Shown: one piece after another, positions 18,451 through 27,591 of the stretch | Layout: the number at the start of each line of letters is the position of its first letter | Position numbering within the stretch: position 1 is the first letter of the stretch | From: a virus | Length of the DNA stretch: 49,789 nt | Direction: 5' to 3' (one strand) | IMG/VR virus record: IMGVR_UViG_3300017987_000024 | Span: 1 to 49,789 of that record | Notes under the pieces: model-generated | The model's database searches: none | Told to the model about the DNA's origin: nothing | What the model saw: only the letters and a program-made list of their open reading frames with translations | Position numbers and translations under genes: made by a program

Positions 18451-19685
18451 CCTGTCAATCTCCGCTCAAAAGCCGTCTTCTGTTTCTCACGCGACCGATG
18501 CCGATTCTCCACCCGGTAGTGCCCCGGCTTGGCCAGCAGTTCGTACTCTTCCAGCAGGCGACGACGCCGTTCGTAGTCGTGGGTATCCAGTGCCATCTCC
18601 GCCGCCAGCCGCGTGGCAAAGGCGTTCTTGAAACTCTCCGGATAGTATTGCGGCTGATCGGAGCGGGCGTTCTGGGTGTAGGCGACGTACTTGATGTAAG
18701 CGCTGTCACCGTCGGCGTTGGTCAGGACGTTGGTCGCGAGCATCATGCCGGTGGAGTCGTATTCGTAGTCCACGTCCTCGGCCCAGGCCGCCCCCAACGT
18801 GCCGTCGGTGTTATACAGCGTCCAGTTGCCGTTGCCGTCGTCGTCCGCCGGTTGGCCGTCGCTCGTATCGTCGGCGCTGGTATGATCGGTAGAGCAATAG
18901 TACGCCTGATCGTCGGAGCCCTTGACCACGTGGGAGTAGCCCCGGAAGTGGCGCGGCTCGCACCGGTAGCCGTGCGCCCGGCCCGGTTCGTCCTCCAAGT
19001 CGCCCTCGTACATCTGCCGGACCAAACACAGATAGTCGTCGGGCAATTCAAAGAGGTAGTCCCATCCGCCGAACGCCTGATTGATCTTGCGCGGTTGGCC
19101 CAGGTCGGCGTGCTCGCATGCGAATTCCGGCTGCAATTCCTCCAGCACCTGCCGCAGGATCGGATCGTACAGCATCACCGCCAGCCGAATATCGGGATAG
19201 TCCGTCTCACTGACAGAGGTCCAATCGGCGAACTGATCGGACGTGATGCTCTCGAAGAACGTACTGGCCTGGGCCGTGCGACCGCCATTGAGGATCGCCA
19301 GGGCCCGGTTGACCAGGTCGGTTTTGGCCGCCGCCGTGGTGGGTGTCGCCGTCGCGACAGTCTCGCCGGAGCCCTCCCGATCCAGGGCCAGCATCCCCAC
19401 CACAATGTCGGAATCGGCGGGCGACGCCCCGGCTCGCAGTCGCACCTGAAGGTCGAAGACCGCCCGGCTCGTGATCGCCGTCGGAAAGTTGGCCACGTAA
19501 TACTGACTGCCCGACCCTTCTTCCGTCAGGCCCGAGACGCGGTAGTCGCTGGCGTCCCGACCGGCCGTGCCCCACTCTTCAAAGTCCGCCCCCGTCGGAT
19601 ACCACACCTCCGACGTGCCCTTCTTGAAGACGTACAGGTCCAGCGTATTACCGCTGGCGAAAGGAAACCGCGCTTCCCTGGCCAT
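18447..19685 (-). CDS. Head-tail adaptor or tail tubular protein A-like (412 aa)
   Basis: Assigned by position upstream of the nozzle gene. The central DLVNRALAILNG...FELPDDYLCLVR pattern resembles gp11-type adaptors. Confidence 0.6.
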   Translation of the reverse strand: MAREARFPFASGNTLDLYVFKKGTSEVWYPTGADFEEWGTAGRDASDYRVSGLTEEGSGSQYYVANFPTAITSRAVFDLQVRLRAGASPADSDIVVGMLALDREGSGETVATATPTTAAAKTDLVNRALAILNGGRTAQASTFFESITSDQFADWTSVSETDYPDIRLAVMLYDPILRQVLEELQPEFACEHADLGQPRKINQAFGGWDYLFELPDDYLCLVRQMYEGDLEDEPGRAHGYRCEPRHFRGYSHVVKGSDDQAYYCSTDHTSADDTSDGQPADDDGNGNWTLYNTDGTLGAAWAEDVDYEYDSTGMMLATNVLTNADGDSAYIKYVAYTQNARSDQPQYYPESFKNAFATRLAAEMALDTHDYERRRRLLEEYELLAKPGHYRVENRHRSREKQKTAFERRLTG

Positions 19686-19687
19686 GG

Positions 19688-20068
19688 TTACACCTCTTCG
19701 AGATACAGCCTCACGTCAACCGTCAACGTCTGATCCGCCCCGCCGGCGTCGGCGCTGGGGTCCACCGAGACCGTCAGGTTATTGCCGAACAATGCAAACG
19801 GATTGAAGTCGGCGTCCGGGGAGCCTTTGTTGCTATCGCCCAGAAGAATGTGATGCGTCCCATCCGCCTTGCCGGAGACCGTGAAATACTGGCCGCCGTC
19901 GTCAGTGTCCGTAATCGTCACAGACACCGTCGGGCCGCCCGTTACCGACGAGACCACGATATCGACCCGCGTACACTTGCCCGTGACATCCGGCAGGGTC
20001 GTGGTCTGGGCGGCGTGCCCTTCGCCCGTGATCCAGTCGAGTTGTGCAAACGCTTTCTTGTCCATCAT
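19688..20068 (-). CDS. Hypothetical beta-rich virion-module protein (126 aa)
   Basis: Track ORF tightly packed in the structural block. Confidence 0.65.
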   Translation of the reverse strand: MMDKKAFAQLDWITGEGHAAQTTTLPDVTGKCTRVDIVVSSVTGGPTVSVTITDTDDGGQYFTVSGKADGTHHILLGDSNKGSPDADFNPFALFGNNLTVSVDPSADAGGADQTLTVDVRLYLEEV

Positions 20069-20137
20069 AGCACCTCAAATCAGCCGGCGAGGCCGCGTGG
20101 AGGACCCGAGTGCGGACCCCGCCGGCGCCATGCACTT

Positions 20138-21748
20138 CTACTGCGCCGTGACCGTGGTCCCGTCAGCAAAAGGAATCCACGTCATGTACCACTTGATCGC
20201 ACCGGTGGTCGCTCCACCGGCGGTCTGCTCGATCATGCCCTCGCCACAGAACCATTGCCGCATCGAGTTGGTGTTGCCAGCCGTGTCTGAAATCGGAGTC
20301 AGCACCGACTCGTCGGCGTCGGAGAACACGTAGCGTGTCCCCACCACGTCGGCGTTGGTCTCAACAGCCGTACTGAAATCAGAGTCGATAAACCCTGCAT
20401 CGGCATCAAGATCGATTTGAATGGTGTTCGTCACCGCACCGATCTCGGTCGTGACAACACCGGTAAAGGACGTAATGAGAATAGCCCCGCCGTCAACGTC
20501 GAACAGATCATCGCTCTGGGACGTGGCCGTCATGGTAGAGGCGTACGTGCGACCGGCAATCGTGGTCGTCCCGTCCACCTTGTCACTGATGGCCACCAGC
20601 GAATCTTCCCGCCGGTCATAGGCCGACGTATCGCCGCCGTCGTCCAGGATGTTGGCGAGCACCGTGTCGTCAGGCACCTCGGCCGTCATATCGACGGCGT
20701 CGGTCGTATCGGCACAGGCGATCTCCATCCAGTGGTCGAGGTCTTGATGAATGACCCACTCCGGCAACCCGTCAACACCGGCGCTGCTCGCCAGCACATT
20801 GCCCGACTCCATCATGGCACCAGGGTCCAGAATGGCCGCCTCTGTGTCACCGTACAGGTTGTTCCCAATCAGCCATCCCGTCGCGTTGGCCGTGAACTCG
20901 ATGGCGTGCTGGCCGGTCGTGAGGTTCTGGATGTCGTTGTAGGCGATGTACTGCTCCAGGTCGATATCGTCGGAGTGAATAGCCCCCTCGGAAAACTCCC
21001 CGATAACCGTATTGCCAACAATCGTCGTACCGTTCTGGACACCCGTATCGAGGTCCACCCAGTTCGTCGCACCCACGGCGTCGGCCGTGTACTGAATGCA
21101 GTTAGCCACCGTCAATCGGTCGGCCCCTGTCGCGACAATAATCGCTCGGACAAACTCGAAAGACGAGGTTGTCGGCTCCGGAAAGACCAAACCGTCGAGC
21201 ACGCAATCGTCGGCCGCCGCTTCTACGGACACCCCGACAACCACCGCCGAGATCCCCGCCAGGAAGCGGCCTCCGACAATGCGGACGTTCGCCGCTCCCA
21301 GGGCCACGGTTGTGTCGGTGTCGGCAAAGGTATACGTGCCCTGATTGGCGGCATTGCCACAGTGCCAGATCGTGATCCCGGCCACGTCGGCGTCCCACAG
21401 ATTCGCGGCACTGCCGCTCTCGGCGTGGCCTGATGCAACGTAAATCCAGTCGCCGTTGTCGGCGGTACAGAGGTTGATGGCCTCGTCCAGGGTATCCTTG
21501 GCGAACTCCCAGCTAGTACCATCGCCTTCCGCCGTGACATTAGAGTCAACGTAGAAGACGCTGCCTGTGCCGGGCGGGGCCACGCGGTCTTCCAGTTCGC
21601 CCATGATCCGGTAGAGAGGATCGTTGTAGGTCCCCGCACCCAGATAGCCCCGATTGTTGACATAATACCGCTGGTCGTACTGGAGCGCCCCAAAGCTCGG
21701 GGCGCTCAGCATCGCCAGCAGACACACACACATGAACAGACGTTTCAT
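20138..21748 (-). CDS. Beta-helix-like protein with signal-peptide-like N-terminus
   Basis: The GGAGA RBS fits the second ATG at 21748 (MKRLFMCVCLLAMLSAPSFGA). The body has repeated V/I-G-N-x rungs. Confidence 0.8.
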   Translation of the reverse strand: MKRLFMCVCLLAMLSAPSFGALQYDQRYYVNNRGYLGAGTYNDPLYRIMGELEDRVAPPGTGSVFYVDSNVTAEGDGTSWEFAKDTLDEAINLCTADNGDWIYVASGHAESGSAANLWDADVAGITIWHCGNAANQGTYTFADTDTTVALGAANVRIVGGRFLAGISAVVVGVSVEAAADDCVLDGLVFPEPTTSSFEFVRAIIVATGADRLTVANCIQYTADAVGATNWVDLDTGVQNGTTIVGNTVIGEFSEGAIHSDDIDLEQYIAYNDIQNLTTGQHAIEFTANATGWLIGNNLYGDTEAAILDPGAMMESGNVLASSAGVDGLPEWVIHQDLDHWMEIACADTTDAVDMTAEVPDDTVLANILDDGGDTSAYDRREDSLVAISDKVDGTTTIAGRTYASTMTATSQSDDLFDVDGGAILITSFTGVVTTEIGAVTNTIQIDLDADAGFIDSDFSTAVETNADVVGTRYVFSDADESVLTPISDTAGNTNSMRQWFCGEGMIEQTAGGATTGAIKWYMTWIPFADGTTVTAQ

Positions 21749-21775
21749 CGTCATGTCTCCTTTTGAAATCTCGGT

Positions 21776-22234
21776 TTACATCGTGTATCCGGTGCGCGCC
21801 TTCTGTCGGCGGCCCACCGGACTGATCGGGCCGAGCCCGAACCATGCGTCCAGCGCGCCGGCCGAAGCCGCTTCGCTGATCGGCTCGAACAACAGGCCCA
21901 GGTACTTGTGCAGGCCGAACACATGCGTGGCGACCGAAAAGACAGCCCCAGCGGCCAGTTGGGCGACGAGTAGCGGTGCGTCTTCGGCCCCGATCGCCAC
22001 CGGAGACCATACACCGGAAGCAAACGTTCCTGAGTCGCTTGTGACCACGGCGATATAACAGCCGCTGTCCAGCCCGGCAAAGGCGGTTCCCACTTTGATA
22101 TTCAGCCACAGGCGGCCGTCGATACACTCGTCCGTGACACCATCTTCTTCCAGGTCAAGCAGGTTGCCGTTGGTGTGCGAAAACTCCTCCGACGTCAACG
22201 CCTGCCCGTCCCAGATTTCCCATTTTGTATCCAT
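21776..22234 (-). CDS. Putative capsid decoration or cement protein
   Basis: A 152-aa ORF immediately after the capsid gene with a GAAAGG RBS. Function is inferred from position only. Confidence 0.45.
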   Translation of the reverse strand: MDTKWEIWDGQALTSEEFSHTNGNLLDLEEDGVTDECIDGRLWLNIKVGTAFAGLDSGCYIAVVTSDSGTFASGVWSPVAIGAEDAPLLVAQLAAGAVFSVATHVFGLHKYLGLLFEPISEAASAGALDAWFGLGPISPVGRRQKARTGYTM

Positions 22235-22289
22235 TACACTAACCTTTCACGTAGTGTTGTCATCGTGCGAACGTCACTTCGCGTCGGCC

Positions 22290-23291
22290 TTACGTCACCA
22301 CCGTCTCGGACGTGCTGATCGCGTCGCAACGGAAGATCGGGGCGCCCATGAACGTCAGGATGGGCACGCCGCCCAGACCCTTGTCCAAACTGAAGTTGAC
22401 GTTGGCTTTGTCCTTCAGCCGAATCTGCATCTGCGCCTTAATCTCTTTCGTACACAGCAGCGTGGTGCCCCGCCTGAAGTTGCCGTAATTCAGCAGTTCG
22501 ATCAGCTTGTTCTCATTGAACGTGTTCGAGCCGCCGACGGTCGGGTTGATATTGGCGTACCGGCCGATACTCAACTCGTCCCGCACCACGAATCCGATCC
22601 ACCACTGAAACTTCGTGCGATAGACCTCCAGGGGGTTGTCAGAGGCGTCGAGCGACCAGCATTTTCCGTTCTTGCTGCCGCCGGGACTCGTGTCGATCTT
22701 CAAGCCGTACGTTCCGCGGTCCGTCACGCCGGACGGGTAGATGAAGTAGCAGGCCAGCGGACTGAAGTCGGCCACGTAGATGCTCGTCCCGCCCGAGTTA
22801 CCGCCGTCGAACACCATCGTCTGGGTCAGCGTCTTGAGGTACTGCTGGAGCCCGTCGAACTCCTCCGGCGCTCCGGTGGTCGTCCCGGAAATCAGGCCCG
22901 TCCACATCTGCTGAGTCAGGCCCTCGACAAAGGCAACGTCCTCCGACCGGCGGAACGCCTTGCGGGCGTCCTTGCCGTCGATGGACTCCACCAGAGCCGC
23001 GTCGATCTCCGACAGAGCCTCCAGGCGAGCCGTCTGGAACGTCACCGCCTGAGTCGTGGACGCCTTGGCCGCTACCCCCTGATAGAACTTGACCCAGCTC
23101 CCGCTCGGGACGCTGGTTCGCCGGCCGATCACGTGGTGGTAGCGGTGGTTGCAGGGGACGGCGGGAATGCGTGACAGTTCCGGGCGAAACTCGTTCATCG
23201 CCTCGAAAATATCGATCATCCCGCCCTTGGGGTCGAGTCGCTTGGCGAGCTCGCCGTACGAGAGTTTGGATGCTACGTTGATCTCCGCCAT
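22290..23291 (-). CDS. Major capsid protein
   Basis: A 333-aa ORF after the scaffold gene with a strong TAAGGAG RBS and a long untranslated leader. Size and position fit an HK97-fold coat protein. Confidence 0.8.
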   Translation of the reverse strand: MAEINVASKLSYGELAKRLDPKGGMIDIFEAMNEFRPELSRIPAVPCNHRYHHVIGRRTSVPSGSWVKFYQGVAAKASTTQAVTFQTARLEALSEIDAALVESIDGKDARKAFRRSEDVAFVEGLTQQMWTGLISGTTTGAPEEFDGLQQYLKTLTQTMVFDGGNSGGTSIYVADFSPLACYFIYPSGVTDRGTYGLKIDTSPGGSKNGKCWSLDASDNPLEVYRTKFQWWIGFVVRDELSIGRYANINPTVGGSNTFNENKLIELLNYGNFRRGTTLLCTKEIKAQMQIRLKDKANVNFSLDKGLGGVPILTFMGAPIFRCDAISTSETVVT

Positions 23292-23455
23292 TGCGGATCT
23301 CCTTACTCGAATGTCTCATTGACAGACAATGGAGCAAGGAATCCGCATCGGCGGGCTTGACTCCTGGCGCTTTCGTGGGTGGCTTATCACCCGCCCGTTC
23401 TTCAACGGGCCGAAGCATCAGGCCCTCATGTGAGGGGAATCTGAAAACTATCTTC

Positions 23456-23800
23456 TCAAAGAACTCTGGACTTAGGTAGAACCAGCTTTGTCGGTGCTTC
23501 TATTTCGCTCTCGGGCTTGGCGGTAAAGGCGAAGACGCCTTGCGCCTTGTCCCGTATCATCTTGATCTCACAGTCGTGCGGGTAGTCGCGAATCACCTCC
23601 TCGGCCACGATCACGACCGGCGCTCCCGTCGCCTGCTGGATCTGGGTCAGGAACATATGGGCCAGGACGCGCATCCGCACGTTCTCATGGCGAATACGCT
23701 TGATGTCCTCGTCGCCGCAGCACAGCTTGTACTTGACTTCGGACCCGCAGGGGCAGGGGTCGTTGCGGCCGGGGTGCTTGTCGTTCGGCGCGATCATCAA
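23456..23800 (-). CDS. SEC-C metal-binding motif protein
   Basis: N-terminal GRNDPCPCGSEVKYKLCCG matches the SEC-C motif. ATGA overlap with the scaffold gene. Confidence 0.7.
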   Translation of the reverse strand: MMIAPNDKHPGRNDPCPCGSEVKYKLCCGDEDIKRIRHENVRMRVLAHMFLTQIQQATGAPVVIVAEEVIRDYPHDCEIKMIRDKAQGVFAFTAKPESEIEAPTKLVLPKSRVL

Positions 23801-24591
23801 TCCATCTCCCCATAGCTCAACGCGCTCTTGGCGTGCTGCTGGGCCCCGAAGTCGGCCGGGGCACCGCCGGTACCCACCTTCATCTGGGCTGCCTCGTGCA
23901 GGGCACGCATCAGCGGCAATTCAATGATCCGGTCGTTGTAGTACAGCCGCTTGGCGAACGCTTCCCAGCCTTCGGTGTCCGCTTGCCCGTCCTCGGTGAA
24001 CTGGGTCTGGAGGTATCGCTTGACCAACTCCAGCCGCTCTTTTGCCACGGCCTCGTCGCCCCCGCAATCGTCTTTCAGGAACGTCTTGTAGTTATCGTTG
24101 GTCATCCCCTCAATGACACTCTCCCGCCGGGCGTTGAGTTTGTCCACCATGCCGAACTGAAGGTTCAGCAGGTCCTGGGCCGTTTGCGGGTCGATACCCC
24201 GCTCCATCGCCAACTGGCGGTACTCGCCCATCGTCTCGTCGTCGAGGGTCACGTTATCGGGGACTTTGAACTCGTACCCCTCGGCCGAGTCCGGCACCCC
24301 GGCCAGCTTGGCATTGAAGGCCCGGATCTCCGCCTTCTGATCGTCGTTGAGCTTACTGCCGTCGTCCGGCAGGTGGTAGGGCTTACCCAAACGCTGCATC
24401 AGGTGATGATGGTCCTGAAACGAATCGTTCAGCGTCTTGAACTTACTGAACGACTTCGTCGCGTCCGGGTTGCTCTGGAAGTATTCATGCTCGCCGTGCC
24501 ACGACGCAGCCTCGCCGCTACTGTCGGCGTTACCTTCGCCGCCGCCGCCACCGTCACCGTCCGCACTGAAAAATACCTGTGACTTGAACAT
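23797..24591 (-). CDS. Scaffolding protein (putative)
   Basis: ORF 23797..24705 trimmed to the ATG at 24591 (MFKSQVFF...). It is acidic and helical and lies between the portal and capsid genes. Confidence 0.65.
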   Translation of the reverse strand: MFKSQVFFSADGDGGGGGEGNADSSGEAASWHGEHEYFQSNPDATKSFSKFKTLNDSFQDHHHLMQRLGKPYHLPDDGSKLNDDQKAEIRAFNAKLAGVPDSAEGYEFKVPDNVTLDDETMGEYRQLAMERGIDPQTAQDLLNLQFGMVDKLNARRESVIEGMTNDNYKTFLKDDCGGDEAVAKERLELVKRYLQTQFTEDGQADTEGWEAFAKRLYYNDRIIELPLMRALHEAAQMKVGTGGAPADFGAQQHAKSALSYGEMD

Positions 24592-24887
24592 TACTGGGGT
24601 CCTCCATAACGAGCAATCAATTCGTTCGCTGTCTGCTGCTGCGTCGGCGTCAAGCCGCCCCTCGGAGTGCCGTCGACCGTGATATAGGGCCGCACCTCCG
24701 GGCACTCGAAGAACAGTTGGGCCAGTGGCGTCTCGGCGTCCATCGCCTCAGGCTCCGGCAGGGCCGCCACGTCAAGGGGCGGTTGCCCGGGGCCTTTGGC
24801 CTCCGCCTCTTTCCGCTCCTGCTCGCGCAGGTCCTCGACCTCCCAAGGCTCCAGCCACTTGCCGCGATACTTCACTTTGATACTCAT
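24591..24887 (-). CDS. Hypothetical head-module protein with TVDG..RGGL C-terminal domain
   Basis: The C-terminus ITVDGTPRGGLTPTQQQTANELIARYG is paralogous to the C-terminus of the upstream gene. Confidence 0.6.
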   Translation of the reverse strand: MSIKVKYRGKWLEPWEVEDLREQERKEAEAKGPGQPPLDVAALPEPEAMDAETPLAQLFFECPEVRPYITVDGTPRGGLTPTQQQTANELIARYGGPQ

Positions 24888-25258
24888 ACGCCGTACTTCG
24901 CCTTGATCTGGCGGGCCTGCTCAACCTGGGAAGGACGCAGTCCGCCACGCACCTGGCCGTCGACGGTCAAGACTTCCCGCATCTTGCCTTCATTGTCGTT
25001 CCACGCCTCGCGAAACGCCGCCTCTGGGTTCACGTCTTTCTTCGCCTCTTCGGCCTTCTTCGCCTCTTCGGCCTTCTTCGCCTCTTCGGCCGCCTTCGCC
25101 TCTTCGGCCTTCTTCGCCTCTTCGGCCGCCTTCGCCTCTTCGGCCGCCTTCGCCTCTTCGGCCGCCTTCGCCTCTTCGGCCTTCTTCGCCTCTTCGGCCG
25201 CCTTCGCCTCTTCGGCCGCCTTCGCCTCTTCGGCCGCCTTCTTACTCTGCTCTGCCAT
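24884..25258 (-). CDS. AEEAK-repeat protein with TVDG..RGGL C-terminal domain
   Basis: Eleven AEEAK(A/K) repeats are followed by LTVDGQVRGGLRPSQVEQARQIKAKYG. Confidence 0.7.
   Translation of the reverse strand: MAEQSKKAAEEAKAAEEAKAAEEAKKAEEAKAAEEAKAAEEAKAAEEAKKAEEAKAAEEAKKAEEAKKAEEAKKDVNPEAAFREAWNDNEGKMREVLTVDGQVRGGLRPSQVEQARQIKAKYGV
25040..25237. repeat. 18-bp tandem repeat, 11 copies, in-frame coding
   Basis: Units cttcgcctcttcggcc(tt/gc) counted directly. They encode AEEAK(K/A) on the minus strand. Confidence 0.9.
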
Positions 25259-25261
25259 CGG

Positions 25262-25513
25262 TCATTCTCCTGCGTTTAATGCCGCGTTAACAATCGCTTT
25301 CGCCACCGTCTTCCACAAGAGCCGCTGGCCCGTAGCCGTCGGTAGCATTCGTTTGATCTTCGTCAGGGCCGCGTTGTGCCTGGCCCGATCGTCGTCCGTT
25401 CTCAAGTCCGCCAGAACCCGCGCCACCTCATCTTCCAGAGCGTCGGGGTACGCCGCGTACATCTCGACCAGACGCGCTCGCGTGACAACCGGCTTTAGCT
25501 TCTCGTCCGTCAT
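25262..25513 (-). CDS. Hypothetical 83-aa protein
   Basis: Track ORF with ATGA overlap with the portal gene. Confidence 0.6.
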   Translation of the reverse strand: MTDEKLKPVVTRARLVEMYAAYPDALEDEVARVLADLRTDDDRARHNAALTKIKRMLPTATGQRLLWKTVAKAIVNAALNAGE

Positions 25514-27294
25514 GCGCTCCCCGTCAATTGGGCCAAAGGACTACCCTTCTCGGTCGCGCCTTGCAGGTTCTTCGCCGCTTGAGAGACCTTCGGTAATGCT
25601 TCGGCCAGCTCCTGCTGCATATGGCGCTGCCGCGCGGCGGCGACAATCTCCTGGTAGTCGTCTTCGCTGACAATGTCGTCCTGGCGAAAGTTCTGGCTCT
25701 CCAGTAAATGCTCCAGGACCTGCGACCATTTGAGTTTGTGCAGCGTCTCCGGCTGCCGCTCGAAGACAAAGTCCGCCGGCTCCATCGAACGATAGAACCG
25801 CTCGATCTGCCGGTTGTTGATCTGCATCATGCTCAGCGGCCCGATGAACTCCACGTCCACGTTGCCGTCCCCGTACTCCAGGAGAATGTCCGGCGGCTGG
25901 GGCAGTCGCCCCCCGGAGTACGCCGGCGCCGCCGCCAGCTCGGCCTCCAGGAAGATGTCGTGGCCGTGACCGAGAACCTGCTGCTCGTACGCCTCCACCT
26001 GCTCGACCAATTGCACCCCATTCTCCATCTGCACGCGAGAGAGCCCGTACGCCGTCTCCGGCTGCTTCTTCATCGTCATAATCTGATTGATCGCCATGAA
26101 GAAGTCGTAGTGGAAGTGGCGACGTGAACTGGCCGTCAATCGATCGGCGAAGTCCGTCGCCAGGTCGTACCGGGTCTTTCGCTCGATGTACGTCGGGGGC
26201 TGACTGTACTCCTGCTCGTTCCGCGCCCAGTTGTCACCACCAGGACCCATATCCAGCATTCCCCGCAGCGTGTCCATGGCCCACGTCGCCGGTCGAACCG
26301 ACAACTCCGCGTCCCCGAACAGCGCCTCCCACATCGCATTGCCGCCCCGAATGTCGTAGATCGCCCACCACGCCATCGTCCGCCCGTAGACCTCGTGCCA
26401 GTTGCGATGATAGTGCCACGAACTGAACGGCCGCGTGAAGTACCCCGGGCCCTTATTCAACGGCCTCAGCAATACCTCTTCGCCCTCGCCCTGGGCCTCC
26501 AGGCAGATGAAGTGCTCCATCCACGGCCGCGTCGCGACCGAGCCGCCGGGCAGATCGGTATAGATCCGGTCGCCCGCCCCGTAGATCGCCTGAATGTACT
26601 TGCCCTTGGCGTAGTGCTGGCCGTTACGCAACTGCTGCTTGATCGCCTCCGGCAGTTGGTCGTAGCCGAAGAACGATTCCGCCTCCAGTGCCGTCCACTC
26701 CCACAGCACGTGCATCGCATTGTCGGTGCCGAAGATGTCCTTGTCCAGCCACACGGCCGCATAGTCAGGGACCTTACACACCATGCGATCGCCCGCGACG
26801 TCCTGCTCGAATAGCATGACCGGAGAGCCCACCGAGCCGCCGTCCAGCAGGAACTGACTCATCACGTCGTAGTAGTTCGACCGCCGATACCGCCCGCTGA
26901 TGTGGTCCGCCACGTCCTGGCACCACTGATTGACTTGATCGTTGCCCTTGAACTTGACCCCCGTCCAGCCGGGCGGGTCCTTCACCTGCTCGCGGAACCA
27001 GTCCACCTTCCGCGAGATCATGTTCACCTGGAACCCACGCTGCCAGATCCGCAGGGCGTGCGGGCCGCTGCCCTCGACGATCTGAGAGCCGGAAAAGTCG
27101 CCCGCTTCCTTCTGACCGACCCGGCCGCTCACCAGGTCCGGACGCAACAGTTCAACGATCACGTCCCGCTGGTCGTCATACAGATCCCGCCGAGACTCGT
27201 AGTCGAAGTGACGCGATTTGATGCGCTGGTACAGCGAGCGCGTCGAATAGCTCTCGTTCGGACCGCTCTGTGTCGCTTCGATCGCCGTCGTCAT
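25510..27294 (-). CDS. Portal protein
   Basis: A 594-aa ORF that follows the large terminase after one small ORF, with typical size and order. Confidence 0.8.
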   Translation of the reverse strand: MTTAIEATQSGPNESYSTRSLYQRIKSRHFDYESRRDLYDDQRDVIVELLRPDLVSGRVGQKEAGDFSGSQIVEGSGPHALRIWQRGFQVNMISRKVDWFREQVKDPPGWTGVKFKGNDQVNQWCQDVADHISGRYRRSNYYDVMSQFLLDGGSVGSPVMLFEQDVAGDRMVCKVPDYAAVWLDKDIFGTDNAMHVLWEWTALEAESFFGYDQLPEAIKQQLRNGQHYAKGKYIQAIYGAGDRIYTDLPGGSVATRPWMEHFICLEAQGEGEEVLLRPLNKGPGYFTRPFSSWHYHRNWHEVYGRTMAWWAIYDIRGGNAMWEALFGDAELSVRPATWAMDTLRGMLDMGPGGDNWARNEQEYSQPPTYIERKTRYDLATDFADRLTASSRRHFHYDFFMAINQIMTMKKQPETAYGLSRVQMENGVQLVEQVEAYEQQVLGHGHDIFLEAELAAAPAYSGGRLPQPPDILLEYGDGNVDVEFIGPLSMMQINNRQIERFYRSMEPADFVFERQPETLHKLKWSQVLEHLLESQNFRQDDIVSEDDYQEIVAAARQRHMQQELAEALPKVSQAAKNLQGATEKGSPLAQLTGSA

Positions 27295-27590
27295 AAGCCG
27301 AGCTTCCCATGAGCGCCCAAGCGCAAGTCCTCGTTCCGGAACACCTGAGCCGCCGGCCGGTATTGCCGCTTCTTACTCTTGATCTCTTTCGCCGCCGATT
27401 CCGTCGAGTCGGCATTACCCATCGAAGGCACGCCGGAGCCCTTCCCTCCAGAGGCCAACTCGTGGGCCGCCACGCCCGCGGCCGTCGCAGCAGCAGCCGT
27501 CAGGGCTAAGGTTGACGCCGGAACCGACGCCGTAGCCGCCACCGTGCCCGCCGTGGCGGCAAACGACCAGCTAATCGGATCGAAACCCAT
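27291..27590 (-). CDS. Hypothetical Ala/Thr-rich 99-aa protein
   Basis: ORF 27291..27782 trimmed to the ATG at 27590 with GAGGAGA upstream. It starts 2 nt after the terL stop. Confidence 0.55.
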   Translation of the reverse strand: MGFDPISWSFAATAGTVAATASVPASTLALTAAAATAAGVAAHELASGGKGSGVPSMGNADSTESAAKEIKSKKRQYRPAAQVFRNEDLRLGAHGKLGL

Positions 27591-27591
27591 G

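Noticed and set aside
20069-20137. GC-rich imperfect hairpin between the 536-aa beta-helix gene and the next gene, as a possible terminator.
   Set aside because: The stem is interrupted (7+2 bp with a mismatch) and the downstream T-tract is weak (TGATTTG). This is not convincing enough to list as a feature.
25040-25237. Regular 18-bp repeats that could superficially suggest a CRISPR-like array.
   Set aside because: The units are contiguous with no spacers. They are far shorter than CRISPR repeats and are in-frame coding sequence (AEEAK repeats).
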